From contig CAVSNY010000004.1 of the NCBI GenBank assembly GCA_963729605.1, positions 64,001 through 128,000 on the forward strand: 64,000 bases of DNA, in the 5' to 3' direction. The stretch is from an uncultured Gammaproteobacteria bacterium (GTDB taxonomy: Bacteria > Pseudomonadota > Gammaproteobacteria > DRLM01). Positions 63,582 through 64,000 of this stretch are shown here, piece by piece (within the stretch, counting starts at the first letter, position 1; each line of letters starts with the position of its first letter). A model generated the notes under the pieces. The model was not told the origin of the DNA, searched no databases, and saw only the letters and a list, made by a program, of their open reading frames with translations. The translations under genes were made by a program, and so were the position numbers.

Positions 63582-64000
63582 TCACCGCGCCGCCAAGGTC
63601 CTCACCAACGGAAAATCGCCCAGCGGTGCGGGCGCCAGCAATTGCGGAGTTTGCAGGCCGATGGTTTTGTCGCGCAACTCTTCGACCAGCGGGGCGGAAT
63701 AACCGAACCACTCGTTGACCGAAATCAGGCCGTCGCGATTACCGTCGGCCCGGCCGGTCAGGCCGCTCAATAAGGCATGGGTGAACAGGCCGTGCCCGGC
63801 CGGCGGGTATTCCTGCGATTCTTCGCCGCCCTGGGAGGCCAACACGAAGCTGAAGCGCGACGCGGCGGAGCGTTTGGCCAGCGAGTAGGCGTCGAAACGG
63901 CCTTCGATGTTTTTGGCCTGGCAGGTATCGACGATGAGGATACGCCGGCCGGCGACGTTGCGGATGGCGTCGAAGAAATCCTTCCAGCTCAGCAGCGACG
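63582..64000 (-). CDS. Caspase/metacaspase-like (peptidase C14) protein, C-terminal part (5' end outside window)
   Basis: Minus-strand open frame from the window edge: ...RRILIVDTCQA (catalytic Cys)...ASQGGEESQE...GHGLFTHALLSGL...ADGNRDGLISVNE...QTPQ. Confidence 0.85.
   Translation of the reverse strand, partial: SLLSWKDFFDAIRNVAGRRILIVDTCQAKNIEGRFDAYSLAKRSAASRFSFVLASQGGEESQEYPPAGHGLFTHALLSGLTGRADGNRDGLISVNEWFGYSAPLVEELRDKTIGLQTPQLLAPAPLGDFPLVRTLAAR

Overview
High-GC gammaproteobacterial chromosomal window. It is mostly conserved housekeeping genes: argG, gloA, gcvR, nth, rnfB-like, metG, apbC, dcd, purN/purM, PerM-family permease, hda, wrbA, aspA, acyP, proS, nadC, clpB, ygiQ and an MscS channel. 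Four accessory parts stand out. (1) A complete 11.7-kb lipo-amino-acid biosynthetic cluster (28.9-40.6 kb): MMPL exporter, fatty acyl-AMP ligase, acyl-CoA/ACP dehydrogenase, ACP, a one-module C-A(Gly)-T-TE NRPS whose thioesterase has a Cys nucleophile, an SRPBCC protein and an Sfp-type PPTase. (2) Two secreted beta-rich proteins I do not recognise, 45 kb apart (10.7-11.6 kb and 55.8-56.7 kb). They share a CX8C...FxQxxIxGxDGQxYxxx[IV]VxD...FxxExF[IV]R signature. The second is divergently linked to a small outer-membrane barrel and a TPR-plus-barrel (Slam/type XI secretion-like) gene, which makes this a candidate undescribed export system. (3) A CSLREA/GlyGly-CTERM surface protein next to an ACP-FAAL-PlsC fusion. 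(4) Many small repeats: a 19-bp palindromic tandem array upstream of the permease-hda genes, a ~185-bp tandem duplication, REP-like elements and a MITE-like element. Five single-base indels (three in argG, one in the 448 gene, one in the MMPL gene) look like sequencing or assembly errors. I saw no rRNA, tRNA, CRISPR array or intact transposase. All family assignments come from motif recognition by eye, not from database searches.
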